DNA of 64,000 nucleotides from assembly GCA_030265395.1 (NCBI GenBank), contig JARFYF010000067.1, forward strand, positions 12,287,607 to 12,351,606, given 5' to 3'. The translations under genes and the position numbers were made by a program. Shown one piece after another: positions 39,246-52,475 of the stretch (positions within the stretch are counted from its first letter, which is position 1; every line of letters begins with the position of its first letter). The stretch comes from Rhina ancylostomus. Taxonomy: Eukaryota. Under the pieces are notes generated by a model that was not told the origin of the DNA, made no database searches, and saw only the letters and a list, made by a program, of their open reading frames with translations.

Positions 39246-40039
39246 TAAGTCTCTGCCTGATTCAACACATACATTAAAATTAGCTACAGGGTGATGTCAC
39301 ACATCTGATGTGATAGAAGATCCACTTGCATGGCTAGCTTATTGCCAAGGGTGAGCTGACTGCCTCTTTGCACCTCCAGGAGTGTATATTAGTGCACTTG
39401 AAATATTATTCTTCAAACTGTAACAAAACTCCCTTCAGTATTCACTAATTTAAAACAGGGCCCCCTGGTCCTATACGCCTTGGTTACTTAAACATTTCTG
39501 GTCTAAATTGGTGATACGCATATATAATCAATGCCTTGATAAAATATAATTTAACAACTCTTTTTAACTCTTCAGCTATTCTAGTCTTTCCTCAGTTCCC
39601 TTCACACTTGGGATCATACTTACTTTATATTCTGTTGCATGCAACTGCTTTTTTAAATGAGGGAACTAGAATTTAGCTGTGTGTCAAAACAGGGTATCAC
39701 CACTGTACAGCTAAACCTTCATAAAACCAGCTGACTAATATGCCAAATACTGATATGTTAAATTGCTGCATCACAAATGATGATTGAAATCATTGTTCAG
39801 AATAATCTTTATTTAAGGCACACATTCAGATTTCTAATCCCCATGTTTTTGGCACATCTATCAGCTGCCTCTCTTCCCCTAACCTGCTACATCAAAAAGT
39901 GCAGGCTCTGGATTTATACATCTTTCTCTAGTTTCCCTCCAACCTCTACCTTCTGTTCCGTTTCATTAAACTGCTGACCACTCAACTTTCCTTTCTAGTT
40001 CCCCTGTTCATTATTGATGGCCTTCATTCCACAGAAACC

Positions 40040-41450
40040 ATTTTCCTCTCCTTCAGCTCTGTAACCAAAGCACTCTTTAATTCTTGTCTTTGCAAACAAC
40101 CACCCCACCTCCAACCTCCCTTCCCTATCCAAAATACCTGAATGCATTGCAGCCTACCTGGAAGTCTTCATCTAAATTAGGCTGCTACCTGTACCACAGA
40201 TGAAAATACCTCTGATTAAAGCCCCTCATGACACCCTATGTGATTGTAATAAAAGAATCTTTCCTTAAACTGCATGAAGCTTTTAACTACTCCATTTGTT
40301 CCAAAACTTTGCACTTGTCAGAAATTTGGGAGCCAGTACTTTTATCATCTATCCAATCACAGCAAGTGAATCATGCAAAGGCTTCACTTCCTTCTTTTGC
40401 AGCATTACCTCTGATTTCTTCCAAGGATGTATCCTTGATCCTACATCATCCAAAATCTCAGCTGCATCTCAGCATTACGTCACTTCCTCCAGCATTATTT
40501 CTACACTTAAGCAAAAACAAAACCTCTGGAAGAACTCAGTGGGTCAGTCAGCATCAGTTAAGGCAAAGGTACGGTCAATGTTTTGGCTCAAGACAATGCA
40601 TCAGGATTAAGAGTGTAGAGGGAAGATAACCAGTACATAGTGAGTGGGAGGGCTGTGACAGAGTGATAGAGTGATAGGTTCAGCTCTCTCTACTAACACC
40701 AAGCCATCAACCCCATCCCTCTCACACAAATATCTGAAACTGAACCAGACATTTTACAACTTTGATCTCAAATATGACTTGAGATGGAAGTTTTGACTAC
40801 ATATCAGTGCCATCAAAAAGACAGTCTAACCAGTCTGAAACATTACTCGATTCCAAGTCTCCCTTGGTTTATTTGCCACCGAAAGCCTCATCCATCTCTG
40901 TACTACCATTACACATGGCTATTTCAACCTTCATGTTTGGCCATCCATGTTCTTCTCAGTAAATTTGAATTCATCCAAAACCCTGCTACCTATGCCCCAG
41001 GTTGCACTAATCCTGTTCAACAGTAATTTACATTCATATTTGTTAATTCACAAGCATCATTGACAGAGATTATGAACAAGGTCCTTCACCAATTTTCTTA
41101 ATCCTAGGCTACAGTTACCGGGGCCATTGCTCTATCAGTTTAGCAAAGGATTGATATTAAAATTCACAAATTTATTTTCCATTTTCTTCATTATCTAATT
41201 CCTCCAAATCTCCTTTCAGCTGAAAACCCTCCAAGGTATTTTCTCTTCTTTAATTCTGGCCTTTTGATAAAGATACATTCAGTTAAGCAGGTCCCTAACC
41301 TCTGGAATTCCCCCACAAATCTTTCTTTAAGAAACTCTTTGACCATGCTTTTGGTCATCTCCCCTCATATCTCTAATGTGACTCAGCATCAGCTTTGCCT
41401 GATAATGTTCCTGTGAAGTACCTTAGGCTGTTCTGCTACTTAATAGTGCA
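40040..41450 (+). mobile_element. Degraded L2-type LINE with internal insertions
   Basis: KFEFIQNPA, ID.KI, P.LWNS-like motifs and L2-type 3' tail tcctgtgaagtaccttagg. Confidence 0.55.
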
Positions 41451-41927
41451 ATATATTTTTTTTGCTAAAAGCACTGCACTCAATAATCCAGTAACACAAC
41501 TGACCTATTTTGTTTTCAGAAGCACTTTGCCTGAAGGTGCACATGAATGGAGACAAAAGGTTCCCTAAGTAGCAGCAGCTTCTCAACACTTCGCCTAAAT
41601 GGCCTTTCTTCACAGTTGACCTTCATATGAAATGGCATTAATTTCACTGTAGGCTTATTACAAGCCGACCCAACCTTGTGAACAACAGCCTTCATCAGAC
41701 CATAGAAGTCCACGAGAAAAGGTCATTCAATGCTTTCACATTTTGTTCTGTAAATATCTCAGTCCAGCACCCAACTTTCTCTAATATGTTGGTCTAGACT
41801 ATCCTGGCAGTTTTCTAAACATTCATCTTTGTTAATTCACAAGTATCACTGATAGAGATTATGAACAAGGCCCTTCACCAATTTTCTTAATCGTAGGCTA
41901 CAGTTACCGGGGCCATTGCTCTATCAG
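41031..41927 (+). repeat. 108-bp direct duplication (41031-41138 and 41820-41927)
   Basis: Manual alignment gives 6 mismatches in 108 bp and no gaps. Confidence 0.95.
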
Positions 41928-42227
41928 GTGAAATCAGATACTTCCATATTGGCTAGTTAATGCAGGGCGGGCCTAATTGGTGGATTGCAGTAAACACAAC
42001 AGGGAGTTGTGTTAACATTAAGGTTAAGCGTCAAGAACCTTCTCAATCCAGTTTAGTTGTTCAAGTGCCTACAAAAAGCTAAACGCGGACAAATAAAGAT
42101 TTGCTTCAGTGAGATAGTAGCATATATGTCGAACTATGCTTACACTGATGCTTGAAGCAATATCATAAAATTTGTACAAAAAAAAAGGCTGCTAAACTTG
42201 TATAGGCTTTATCCTTGAGTTACCTAC

Positions 42228-42288
42228 CATTTGCATAAGGGCTCACCATCTTCTTATTAGTCATCACACGAGCTGTGGCATTGTTTAC
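42228..42288 (-). CDS. RBFOX2: RBFOX2 exon, 61 nt, VNNATARVMTNKKMVSPYAN(G)
   Basis: aacctcag|GTAAAC...CAAATG|gtaggt; phase 0-1. Confidence 0.97.
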
Positions 42289-42999
42289 CTGAGGTTCACA
42301 GATCGATACAGAACCAGCACGTTAAACAAGGAAAAGGTCATTTGAGTTTAAAAATATAGAACATGCAAAGACTAGCAAAATCAAGGAAGGTTTACTCTAA
42401 TTATTGCAGTCACAATATTATTTGAATTAGAAGGAAAATTTTACAAATTACTTTTTAACTCAATATACACATTAGCATTAATTAATTTAATACAAAATAT
42501 TTTAAAACATTTTCAAGGAGGACACTCAAAAGTAAACCATTATTTCTCAGGCAAGCTCTTTTTTAATTTTCTCCACATTGAACATTGACACGTTTACACT
42601 GAAATAGCCAACAAAACTCTGAACAATTTGTTTGCTTAGAGTTTCTCTGGGGGAAGGGACAAATCAGCAGCAAAATATGGAATTACTTTACAGTGATGTG
42701 CCTCTGTGGCATCAAATGAATGGCTAAAAATTTTAGGTAATTTATTCTGTCAGATTGGTAAGATTGGTAACAACGGATTCCCTTGACTGCAGATCAGACG
42801 ACCATCACAGAGGATCACAGAGGATACACCTCTTTTAGGAGAAGGGTACAAGTTTGGACAGAAAATTATGCCAAGTTATTTGAACTCCTCAAATTGAAAG
42901 GTCAGACACAGTATAACAATGTTTGAAAATGTAATAACCTTTAGGAATAATGAAAGATGAGGAAATTACAGACATATAGAAATTAATAAACGCACAGCA

Positions 43000-43645
43000 A
43001 ATGAAATTTTGAGGATAAGGAAGACAAAATAATTTAAAAGCAATGTACTGGTGAGGGGCTGGTACTCAAAACTTTGGGACCCTAGGGATGTACATCTTTA
43101 ACAATGACAGAAAAAGTTATGAAAACTCTCAAAAAAGTCTTTGTGAAGTTTGACTTTACATTATACAGGACAAAACAAGAAAGTTATTCTAAACCAGTTT
43201 TTGTAAATTATTGGTTGGGGTTCAAGTGGAGAATTGCATTCAATTCTGGGCACACCTCACTTCAAAATGGATGCTAAGCCCTTATAGAAAGCACAGAAGA
43301 GATGGAGTAGAATGGTACTGGGCAGAGGCACAAGAGACCTTAGGTCCATGAGAGACTGCAGAAGCTAGGATAACACTCCACAGAGGACATGGATAGAGAA
43401 GAGTTAATGGTGGTGTTCAAACTTAGACGTGGCTTTGAGTAGATGGTGTCTGGCAGGAAGCACAGCATTTTGTTGTGGCCTGGTATGCATTGTCTTATAG
43501 GGTTCTTGCTGTAAGCAGGTTTAGTGACTTTCACAATGGAATTCAATATATACTTGGAAAGGAAAAACCAGCAAAGATATAACAGGGATGAATTATCATA
43601 TGTTTTTCAAACAGCCAGCACAAGTATGATAGACCAAATGGTTCA
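43000..43645 (+). mobile_element. Degraded CR1 3' fragment
   Basis: VENCIQFWAH, KAQKRWSRMV-type residues. Confidence 0.6.
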
Positions 43646-44269
43646 TGAGATCCACTTTTCCAAGGTTCAGTTTAACCATAAGGGAGTTGCGAGTGTTTTT
43701 GAAGAGCCTATGAGGTACTCATTTTATTTACAGCCCAAGAAATTTACCTCTCAATAGTCACTACAGTACAGGTGCTGATTCCTTCAAGCCTTCTTGCCAC
43801 ACGTATACAATGCCTTCAAAGTGACACAAAGACAGCAATCAGAGCACAGAAAATCCTTCACTGCTGATGGTGAACTTGGGTCTCAGAGATGAGTTGAATG
43901 CATCAGCTATCAGTGCTTCCATGAAAGATTAACACATTAAACAAGGCATTATTTGAAAGATGGATTTATCCTGGCGGGTCCCAGATCAGTAGTTGGCCTG
44001 ATTCTATCCATCTTTGGTCACTTTCTGTTATGTAAAGGAACTGAATAAACTATACCTATTGACTGTAGATGAGTTACAGGAACACAAAGTAGAATGATAT
44101 TTTAAAGGGTGTTCTGCTCAGCTATGAAACTAGACATTGTGCTCAAAAACTTTAAAAATTTGTCTTTTGATAATCCAGCATGCAGGAAAGTGGAAAAACT
44201 AACACTTATCAATGTAAAAATGTTTCGTGTTTCCTAGGTCCAGTTATACTGAGATCATAGTAAAATGTA

Positions 44270-46270
44270 CGATACAAAACGCCATTTGGCCCACTGTGAC
44301 CATGCAGGGTGAAAAAAGGGCCCCAACCTATATTTATTCCACATCTGGTCTGCAGCTAGGTGCTGGAAGAACATATTCAATACTTTTCAAATGTGATGTT
44401 CTTTTCACCCTTTCTGACTGAGAGTTCCAAACCCTAGTTCCGCATCAACTAATTTAAATCTATGCACCACTTCAAGACCCCTCTGCTAGGGAAAAAAGCG
44501 GTCTTTCTTATGTAGGGTCTTCGTAATTTTGCACACCTCAAGTTTCCACTCTGCCTCCTTTCTTTCAAAGGAAAAAAATACCCAGTCTATATAATCTTTC
44601 CTCATAGCTAAAAATTTCCAGACCTGGCAGTATCCTTGTAAATCTTCTCTGCACTCTCTGCAATGCAATTACATCTTTCCTGTATACAGTTCTCAAGCCC
44701 TAGCCCAACTGGTGTATTATGGCTTTAACCTGAAATGTTAACTCTGTTTCTCTTACCACAGCCTGACCTGCCAAGTATCCCTAGGTATTTCTGGTTTTAT
44801 GTTAGCACTTTAAAAGGTTCCAGCATAACCTTCCTGCTCCTTTATTGTATCTGGATTAACAAAACAATTCATCCCTTATGTCTTTTTAACCACCACGTCA
44901 ACTGGTTCTGCTATCTTTAAGTACCTGTGGATGTACACCCCAAAAGGTCCCTCAGTTCCTCCACACCTCTCAGTATTATCCCTTACATATACTCTTGCCT
45001 TGCTGCACCTATCTGTATTTCTCGGTATAAAATTCAGTTTGGCACTCTTCTGCCCAACTAACCAGACCATATGCATCTTTCTGTAGTTTAAAACATTCCC
45101 CCTGCTGAATGGCCAATTTTTGTATCATCTGCAGACTTCTTTGTCATGCCCCCTACAATCATGTCCAATGGCAAAAAATAAAGAACTAAGTGTAGAGCCC
45201 TATGGAGCTCCACTGGAAACAAGTCTTTCCCTCTCACACAGAAAAACCTTTTGCTTCTTGCCACTAGGTTTTTTGGATCAAATTTGCCACTCTCTCCAGG
45301 ATCCCATGGGCTTTTATTTTATTGATTTGCCTCCATGTGGGACCTTGTCAAAAGATTTATTTTAAAAAAAACCAAGATGGACTATGTGAAACCTCATTGA
45401 CCCAATTGGTAGTCAGCAAAATTTATACGCAATGTGCTTCGTTAATTTATATCTTTCTAAATGCAGTTTCATTTCCTTGCTCAGAATTGATTCCAATAAT
45501 TACTCAGTTTATTCCTTTTTAAACTATAGCATAATCTTGGCAGTGCTCCAGTCCTCTGGTATCACTCCATTGAAGACTGGAACATGTTCAACGCCTCTAC
45601 ATTTTCCTCCATTGTTTTTTGAAACAGCCAAGGATACATTTCATGTGGGTCTGGCAGTTTATCCACTCAGATGGCAAAATCCTTATACACCCTACCTTAC
45701 TATCTTTATTTTATTCAACTTTTTGTAACTTTCTCCTAGTCTACAACACTGCATCATTCCCCTCTTTTGTGAAGATGGTTGCAAAGTATTCAGTAAGAAC
45801 GTTAGCCACACATCCCCTCCTCCCATACACAAGTTACCTTTTTGGCTCTCCTTTTTCCTTAATTATCCTCTTTTGCACTTATAAAATATCTTTAGATTTC
45901 TTTGGTTGTCTTTGCAGTATTTTTTCTTACCCGACCTTTGCTTTCCTAACTTCACTTTTAATTTCACCCTTACATTTTCTGTTTTCTTCTAGAATTTTTT
46001 TTCAGTATACACTTTGTATGTGATAAAAACTCTCTTTTTAAAATCTTACTTTATTCACTTTGCCATCTCGGGATCTCTAGATTTGACAGTCCCATAATTT
46101 TCCTTTGTGAAAAGGCATTGACCCTGGAGCCCTTGAATCTCCTTTCTAAATGCACCCCATTACTCAGATTGGTTTACTTCAAAAAGCTGTTTTGAGACCA
46201 CCTTTGCTAAATCATTTCTCAGTCTCAGTCTAGTAAAATTTACCCCCCCCGTCCAATTTGTCACCTTAAC
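44270..46270 (-). mobile_element. Degraded CR1 ORF2 fragment
   Basis: Minus strand shows GVYIHRYLK.A.VD.VVKK and a post-RT RFTRILPG-type motif; Penelope-derived insert at ~44725-44800. Confidence 0.75.
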
Positions 46271-46304
46271 TCCTATATTATCTTTTTATTTCAGTCAAGA
46301 ATTA

Positions 46305-46430
46305 AGTCGGATTCTGATAAAAGGTTATCAACCTGAAACGTTAACTCTGTCTCTCACCCAACATCTTGACTGACCTGCTGAGTATTTGCTGCATTCTGAT
46401 TTATTCCAGATCATCAACATCTGCAGTTTT
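46305..46430 (+). repeat. Penelope-terminus repeat with degenerate hammerhead motif
   Basis: ctgataa a aggtt atc aacct gaaacgttaactct...tgacctgctgagtattt. Confidence 0.65.
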
Positions 46431-46540
46431 TCTTCCCTTTTCCATTAGAGTAAAGACTCTCATTTGCCCTTCAATGGCAGTAAAACTTTTTAAGGAGCTC
46501 TTTCATGTTGTCATCCCATCTTTCCTGCCTTGTTTTTGTT

Positions 46541-46613
46541 ATTGCTAATATTTAATGATTTAAGATCAAGTACTTGTTATAATTGCTAATATTTAATGAT
46601 TTAAGATCAAGTA
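46541..46613 (+). repeat. 32-bp near-tandem duplication
   Basis: attgctaatatttaatgatttaagatcaagta at 46541 and 46582. Confidence 0.9.
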
Positions 46614-48639
46614 ATAGGCATACCAATTGATTCAATAAGTAAACAGAAAACAGCACTAAAGAGCAGGGAGTGAACATGCTCAATCCCAGGGTCAGAGAAT
46701 GCCAATCTAAGCCAGGCTGATGGCAACAATGCTTTAGTAAATCATGTCATAGAGGTTAAAAATGGAAGGCATTTAAATCAACCAATATTTCTCAAATGTG
46801 CTACCCTAAACAACAGCTTTGTATCTCATAGCACATAGCAAAATGTTTAAAGGCACTTCATAGCAGTGGCAAACAAATTCTGTCAGTGAGCCACGCATTA
46901 GGGCAAATGAGCAAAAGATCTAGTGACTAACTTCTGCTGGCATTAGCATGTTAGGTGATATGATCAGCCTTAACTGTGATGTTCCTGTTGGTTGAATGGA
47001 CTGGTGCCTACCATTGCCCGAGCTTTGGATAAGGACCAGCTGCCCACGAACTGTTCCATGATAAACAATTGAGATTGCCAAGTTGGGTGGAGGAGGGTGT
47101 TGTGGGTAGCAGTGATGCTAATTGGAAGAGTTAGCAGAAACAGTCTGTGGGATTTTTCCACTTTGCAAAATTGCTCCACGTATATAACAGTTGCTAGGCA
47201 GCATTACCCTGTTCTCAAAGACCCTTCATGCTTGGTTTGTTGTCGCATGGAGCACACTGAATGTAAGTACACTCCAGGGAGCAGGAGCAATATTGACCTT
47301 CGATCTGGACTGCAGTATTAAAAGCCGCCTCAAACTGTCAGTGGAGTTGTCACTGAGTGGCCTTGGCCTCCAGGGCATGCCGTGTAGATGCTTTATACAT
47401 TCATACCTGTCATGCTAAAGTAAAACACCCACTGGTGCTGTAAATGGCTATCGTAGTGCTGCCAATCAATCCTTTTAATTTAGGAATTGGGGCCAGTGAA
47501 TTGAGACGACAATAAAAGAAATTTGTGTCTTTTTCTGTGTGGAGGGAGATGTGGAGGAAAGAAAAAATATGTGCCCATTTATTCCGGGGGTCGAATGCAG
47601 CAGCAAATGTTCACGCCAGTCTATCACCCCTCATGATTAATCGTTTACAAGAAGGCTGTAATCATTACATCCTTACTGCCTACCTTGGAAGATCAATGAG
47701 ATTTAGTAAAGCATATTATCACTGAGGGAACTGCTAATTCAATCAGGTCCTGATGTCCTGGCTGCAAGAGCAATTCAGTGCCTGTCTGCAAAATAAGTGG
47801 TGCGATTAGCAAAGCAATTTGCGGTCTCTGCTCTTGTTGTCATGGCAACGGTGGTCAGATCGGTCCAGTTTCCAAGTATCTAAATAAAATTAAGACGCTT
47901 CAGCAAATAACTGTCTTCAGGCCATTATTCAGATCTCTTAATCTGCCTGTAATCTCTGCTCTTTGTTCTGCTTACTCTGGTATTAGCAGGCAGCTCCATG
48001 GAAGAAGGAAATTAACCCTTGGAGTGCTGCAGCCCTGTTTCAAACTCTGGTGGTTTTTCTCTTCTTAATTAAGTGCTTATTTAAAGCGTGCCTGTGAAGT
48101 GGCACTGTTCTATTGATGCATACATGTTAATCAACCAGGATTTAGGGGGTGGGGAATGTGGGTGTTGTAAGTATCTGGTCATGATCCCCCATCTGTTATG
48201 GGGGGGGTGGGGTGGGGTGGTGGGAGGTGGTAGGCTCCAAGGCCCAGCTGAACCTGTTCTGCTTGTTGGCTTTCATATATCTCAACAGTTTCATACATGA
48301 GCCGCCCTTGAGAGGAAGGAAACAAAATCAGCCTAGCAGCAACCTTCCCCTATCTCTCAATGATATGATGCCAGGAGGGTCCTGGACAAGGACAAAGATT
48401 GGTGATTAGCACCATCTCCAGCTGAATTATATAGACATCCTGATTAACATTCAGCACATCTTCTATCATGTCTCCTCAACCAACCTGACTTAATTTCAGT
48501 TGATTCTTGGTGACTTGACTTCATTATCCCACCAGGAAATTAATTTCAAGCTCTTCACTAAAAGACCAATATAAGAACAGGAGGAGACCATTCAACCCTT
48601 TGAGCTTGTTTGTTATAAAAACCCATCTGTTGTATTAAC

Positions 48640-48810
48640 AGGTTCTCCGGTTTCCTCCCACGTTCCAAAGACGTACAGGTTAGGAAGTTGTGGGCATGCT
48701 AGGTTGGTGCTGGAAGTGTGGTGACACTTGCAGGCTGCCCCCAGAACACTCTACACAAAACGATGCATTTCACTGTGTTTCGATGTGCATGTGACTAATA
48801 CAGATATCTA
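48640..48810 (+). mobile_element. 5'-truncated V-SINE with non-CR1 tail
   Basis: tctccggtttcctcccacgttccaaagacgtacagg V-core followed by the tail also seen at 132-225. Confidence 0.7.
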
Positions 48811-51800
48811 ATGCCCTTCAAGCAAATAAATCGACTATTCTAGCCCAGTGTAGTCTGTATGAGACTCTGTACCCAGTGCAATGTGGTTGACTATTAAATG
48901 CCAAAGAAACTATTCATTTGAAGGGCAGCAGAGAGATATTGCCAGTCAAGTGAACAAAAGAAATGGAGTTGTGTCTAATTGATTGGGAGACCCAAGAGAG
49001 AGAATTTAACTTGTTCTATGATCCTTAGCCAAAATCTATCGGCCTCAGTTCCCAACACCCTATCCATGGTATTATTCAGAGGGATATCGATAGTAAATGA
49101 GTTTTAAAACAACTCTATTTTGCTGTCATTTTTGAACTCCTTAATTAGACACCCTCTCCTTCCCCAAAAGTTTAATTCCAAGATTAAATCTAATATAAAG
49201 TGGTGGATTTGGGGTACCTTCCCTTGGTAAAATATATAAAATTCTTTGTCTGCACAAGCACTTTTGAAGATGTGGAGGCATGTGGCACTGCTGCTCGTGT
49301 TTAGGATAAATTGACTGAACAAAAAGGTTAGGTTCCAGGGTTATTTGCTGTAGTTCCTAATGTCATATGTAGTCAGTCAGGGAGAGAGTGCCATGGAATG
49401 ATTTATTATCTATGTATTAGCAGCTTATTTGCTACTCTAAACGTTCACTACTGCTAGAGCGCTGCAAGTATGGCTCAGTACCGTCTGCAGGAGACATTGC
49501 AGAAAAAATTCCCAAGGCTGTTTGATAGCACTTCCCCCCAACCTACAGCATCCACCAGCTGAAAGGGAAAGGGTAACAGCCTCATGGAAATGCCACCTGC
49601 TGCAAATTCCTTGCCAAGTCGTACCCATCCTGACATGGAAGGCATCACTTATCCCTTAAGCCTTCCTGTGCAAAATCCTGGAGCACTCTACATTTTCACT
49701 CGTACAGCTGCAGCAGCTTGCCACCATCCTGAGATGTTTGGATGTGGATTATAATTACTGTCCTTATAAGTGACACTCGTAGATCACAAATGAAAAGTCA
49801 ACAAAATGAATCCACTTCCTTCCAGAAGTGTAAATGATGCAGCACAGGAGAAGGACATTCAACCTGTCATGTCTGTGATAGCTCTTTGGATAGAATTAGC
49901 CAATTAGTTTGGCCCCTGTTTCTGCATAACCCTGCATTTTATTTTTTATCTCAAGTATTATCCAGTTCCCCTTTAGTTATTATTAAATTTGCATCCAACG
50001 TGCTTCCGGGCAGCACATTTCAAATAATAACCTGCTTCGTATCAAAGTTCGGTTTGCTAATGCTCCTGTGAAGCCCTTGGGGAATTTGCAATGCAAAAGG
50101 ACATATAAATGCAAGTTATTTCTTTTTTTAAAAAATAAACTCTCATCTCGTCTTATGTTTGTGATTCTTTAGTGATTAGAATTTACTGTTCCTTGCATGC
50201 ATACCGTGAGTTTAACTGAGATCTGGCATACCTATGTTTCAACTAGTTCCTTGCATTTTGTTTTTATAAACTGGTTGCAAAGAACATTTAAAAATAAAAT
50301 CGCAAGTTTTGATTTTGTTTGGAGAAAAATTGGAAAGGTGAGAATGGAGGTGTGGTTGCTAATTAATTTTAAAAAGAAAACAGGCAGGGAAAATATTTGG
50401 CATTTTAATACCTGTTTACAAAGGAGCTTCTATTGTCAAAGTCAGGGTGGGGTAGAAATTCTTAATTAGTAGGATTTGTAGAATTCTTTCAAACCAGATC
50501 TGTGACGGGGAAGAAAATAAGTGTTGTTTTACATCTGAGAGTGTAGCTACAAGCCAATGTTTTCAAAGCAGAGAAATTAACTCATCATTTGACATGCAGT
50601 AAGATGTTTGAGTGGTGTGGCGGTCCTCTTATGCTAAATCCTCCTGAAGCAAGTGACTCCAGATCACCCAAAGTCGCTGCATTTGGGTTTGAAATGATAT
50701 TAAAATATTGGTGAGGGCCATGACGTTGAGTTAATGAGCAATATTCAAATACATCGTGTCACTTGATCATGATAACAAAATCACACATTCCAATTTCCAT
50801 TTAATCTTTCAAATTTTTTCCCTGATACATTGCATCTTTTAATTTTTCTGTTGTAAGAAATGTTCTGTGGTTCACAGGAATGTATGGAAGAGATGCATTT
50901 ATTTCGACAATATGATTGGGAATATGAAAGCTTAAGCTGAGCACTATTATAAATTAAGTACTCTGCTTTGTAAATGTCACTAAAATGTTAATAGGGGAAT
51001 GAATTGCTTTATTTTTGTAGCTTTGAGCTTTATTTTTAATGCATCTTAAAAGAACTTGGTCTTCTGACTTGGAAAACCCAATGGAGTATTTTTGAAGTCT
51101 AGTCATATTTGTAACTTGCAAGCATGGCAGCCAAATTGCTGTTAGCAAGCTTCAACAAAGAACAAGAGGCAGACTGGATCATTCATTTTATCCAGCTAAT
51201 AGTTTGCCAGGAGAATCTGATGCATGAGATCTTTTGCATTTACCTGAGAGGGCAAGCCAGCACTTGGATGTGTCATTCAGATTATTGTAGTGCATTACTG
51301 GAGTGTGGGCATGGATTTTGTGGTCAGNNNNNNNNNNNNNNNNNNNNNNNNNNNNNNNNNNNNNNNNNNNNNNNNNNNNNNNNNNNNNNNNNNNNNNNNN
51401 NNNNNNNNNNNNNNNNNNNNNNNNNNNCTGAACAGCCTGATGACAGTTGTGTGCTAGCCTCACAAGTGAACAGTGTCACTTGTGGTTGGGGGGGGGGAAG
51501 GGGGGGTGTGCTTATGTACCTGAGTACAGGTAGTGGCAATAGAATCATAAGCTAGCATGAATCAGCACCTGCAGGTGATTAAAAAAGAAATCAAGGCAAT
51601 GGAATCCCATTTAAAGAAAACTTCCAACAAAGAACTAATGTAATTTCCCTAATTTCATCTCTCTAATTTGGAATAAAAATGATATTAAGAGAAAAAGCAT
51701 CAGTTTAATTTTATATTAATGTCAATGGGTGATCTTTGATCAGGGATCAGCATCAATAGATCTGATCAGAACACTTTGCAAAATACACTCTCACCCACTA

Positions 51801-52412
51801 AAGGTCTATACTGTTATTAGCCTGAGAAGTACTAGGTTTACCTTTGTTTGGCCACACACAAACAGATCTAAAAACCATGGGACAAAACAATGAAACAAGG
51901 ATCATGCCAAAAAAAACCTCAAAAATTAAAAGGATAGTAGTGAAGGGTTTTAAACATTAAGTGAGGGCAAAAGTCAGTTTTCCAGCAGTGTGCAACATGA
52001 GCACCAAGAAGGGCCAAGAACCATTGGAGAAGCCACACATTGAGCCAATAGAGAAGGAGGCACAATCCCAGAGAAACAGAGTAACCATTCACAGGCGTGA
52101 CATACAAGGAAAGGGAGAGGGGGGAACAAGGACAAACAAACACAAAGAAAGGGTGCATTAATCAGCAAAACCGTAGTTAAAACTCTGAGTAAGATGTGGA
52201 GGAGTCACCATCAATCAACCACTAAATATAGCTCAGGCTGCTTAAAAAAAATAAAAAATGTACAATCCAGTACAGGCGGCACCAAAAAACAGCATTGGAA
52301 AAGGGGAAAACGACAAGTCAAGTCACATTCGTAGCGTTAAACGTGAAATGGCAGATGGGTTTCCTTTTTGTTTGTGTTCGTTTGTTTTGTTTTCCTTTTT
52401 TGGTTCACTTAC

Positions 52413-52475
52413 CCCCTTGCGTACCATCGCCAGCATGTATAGTTACCATGGTTACTGTGACTCAAGTGAAGGGCC
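52413..52475 (-). other. Candidate poison (PTC) cassette exon, 63 nt (70 nt with upstream acceptor at 52482)
   Basis: U-rich tract, then cgtttag|GGCCCT...AAGGGG|gtaagt; in-frame TAA at codon 8. Confidence 0.6.
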
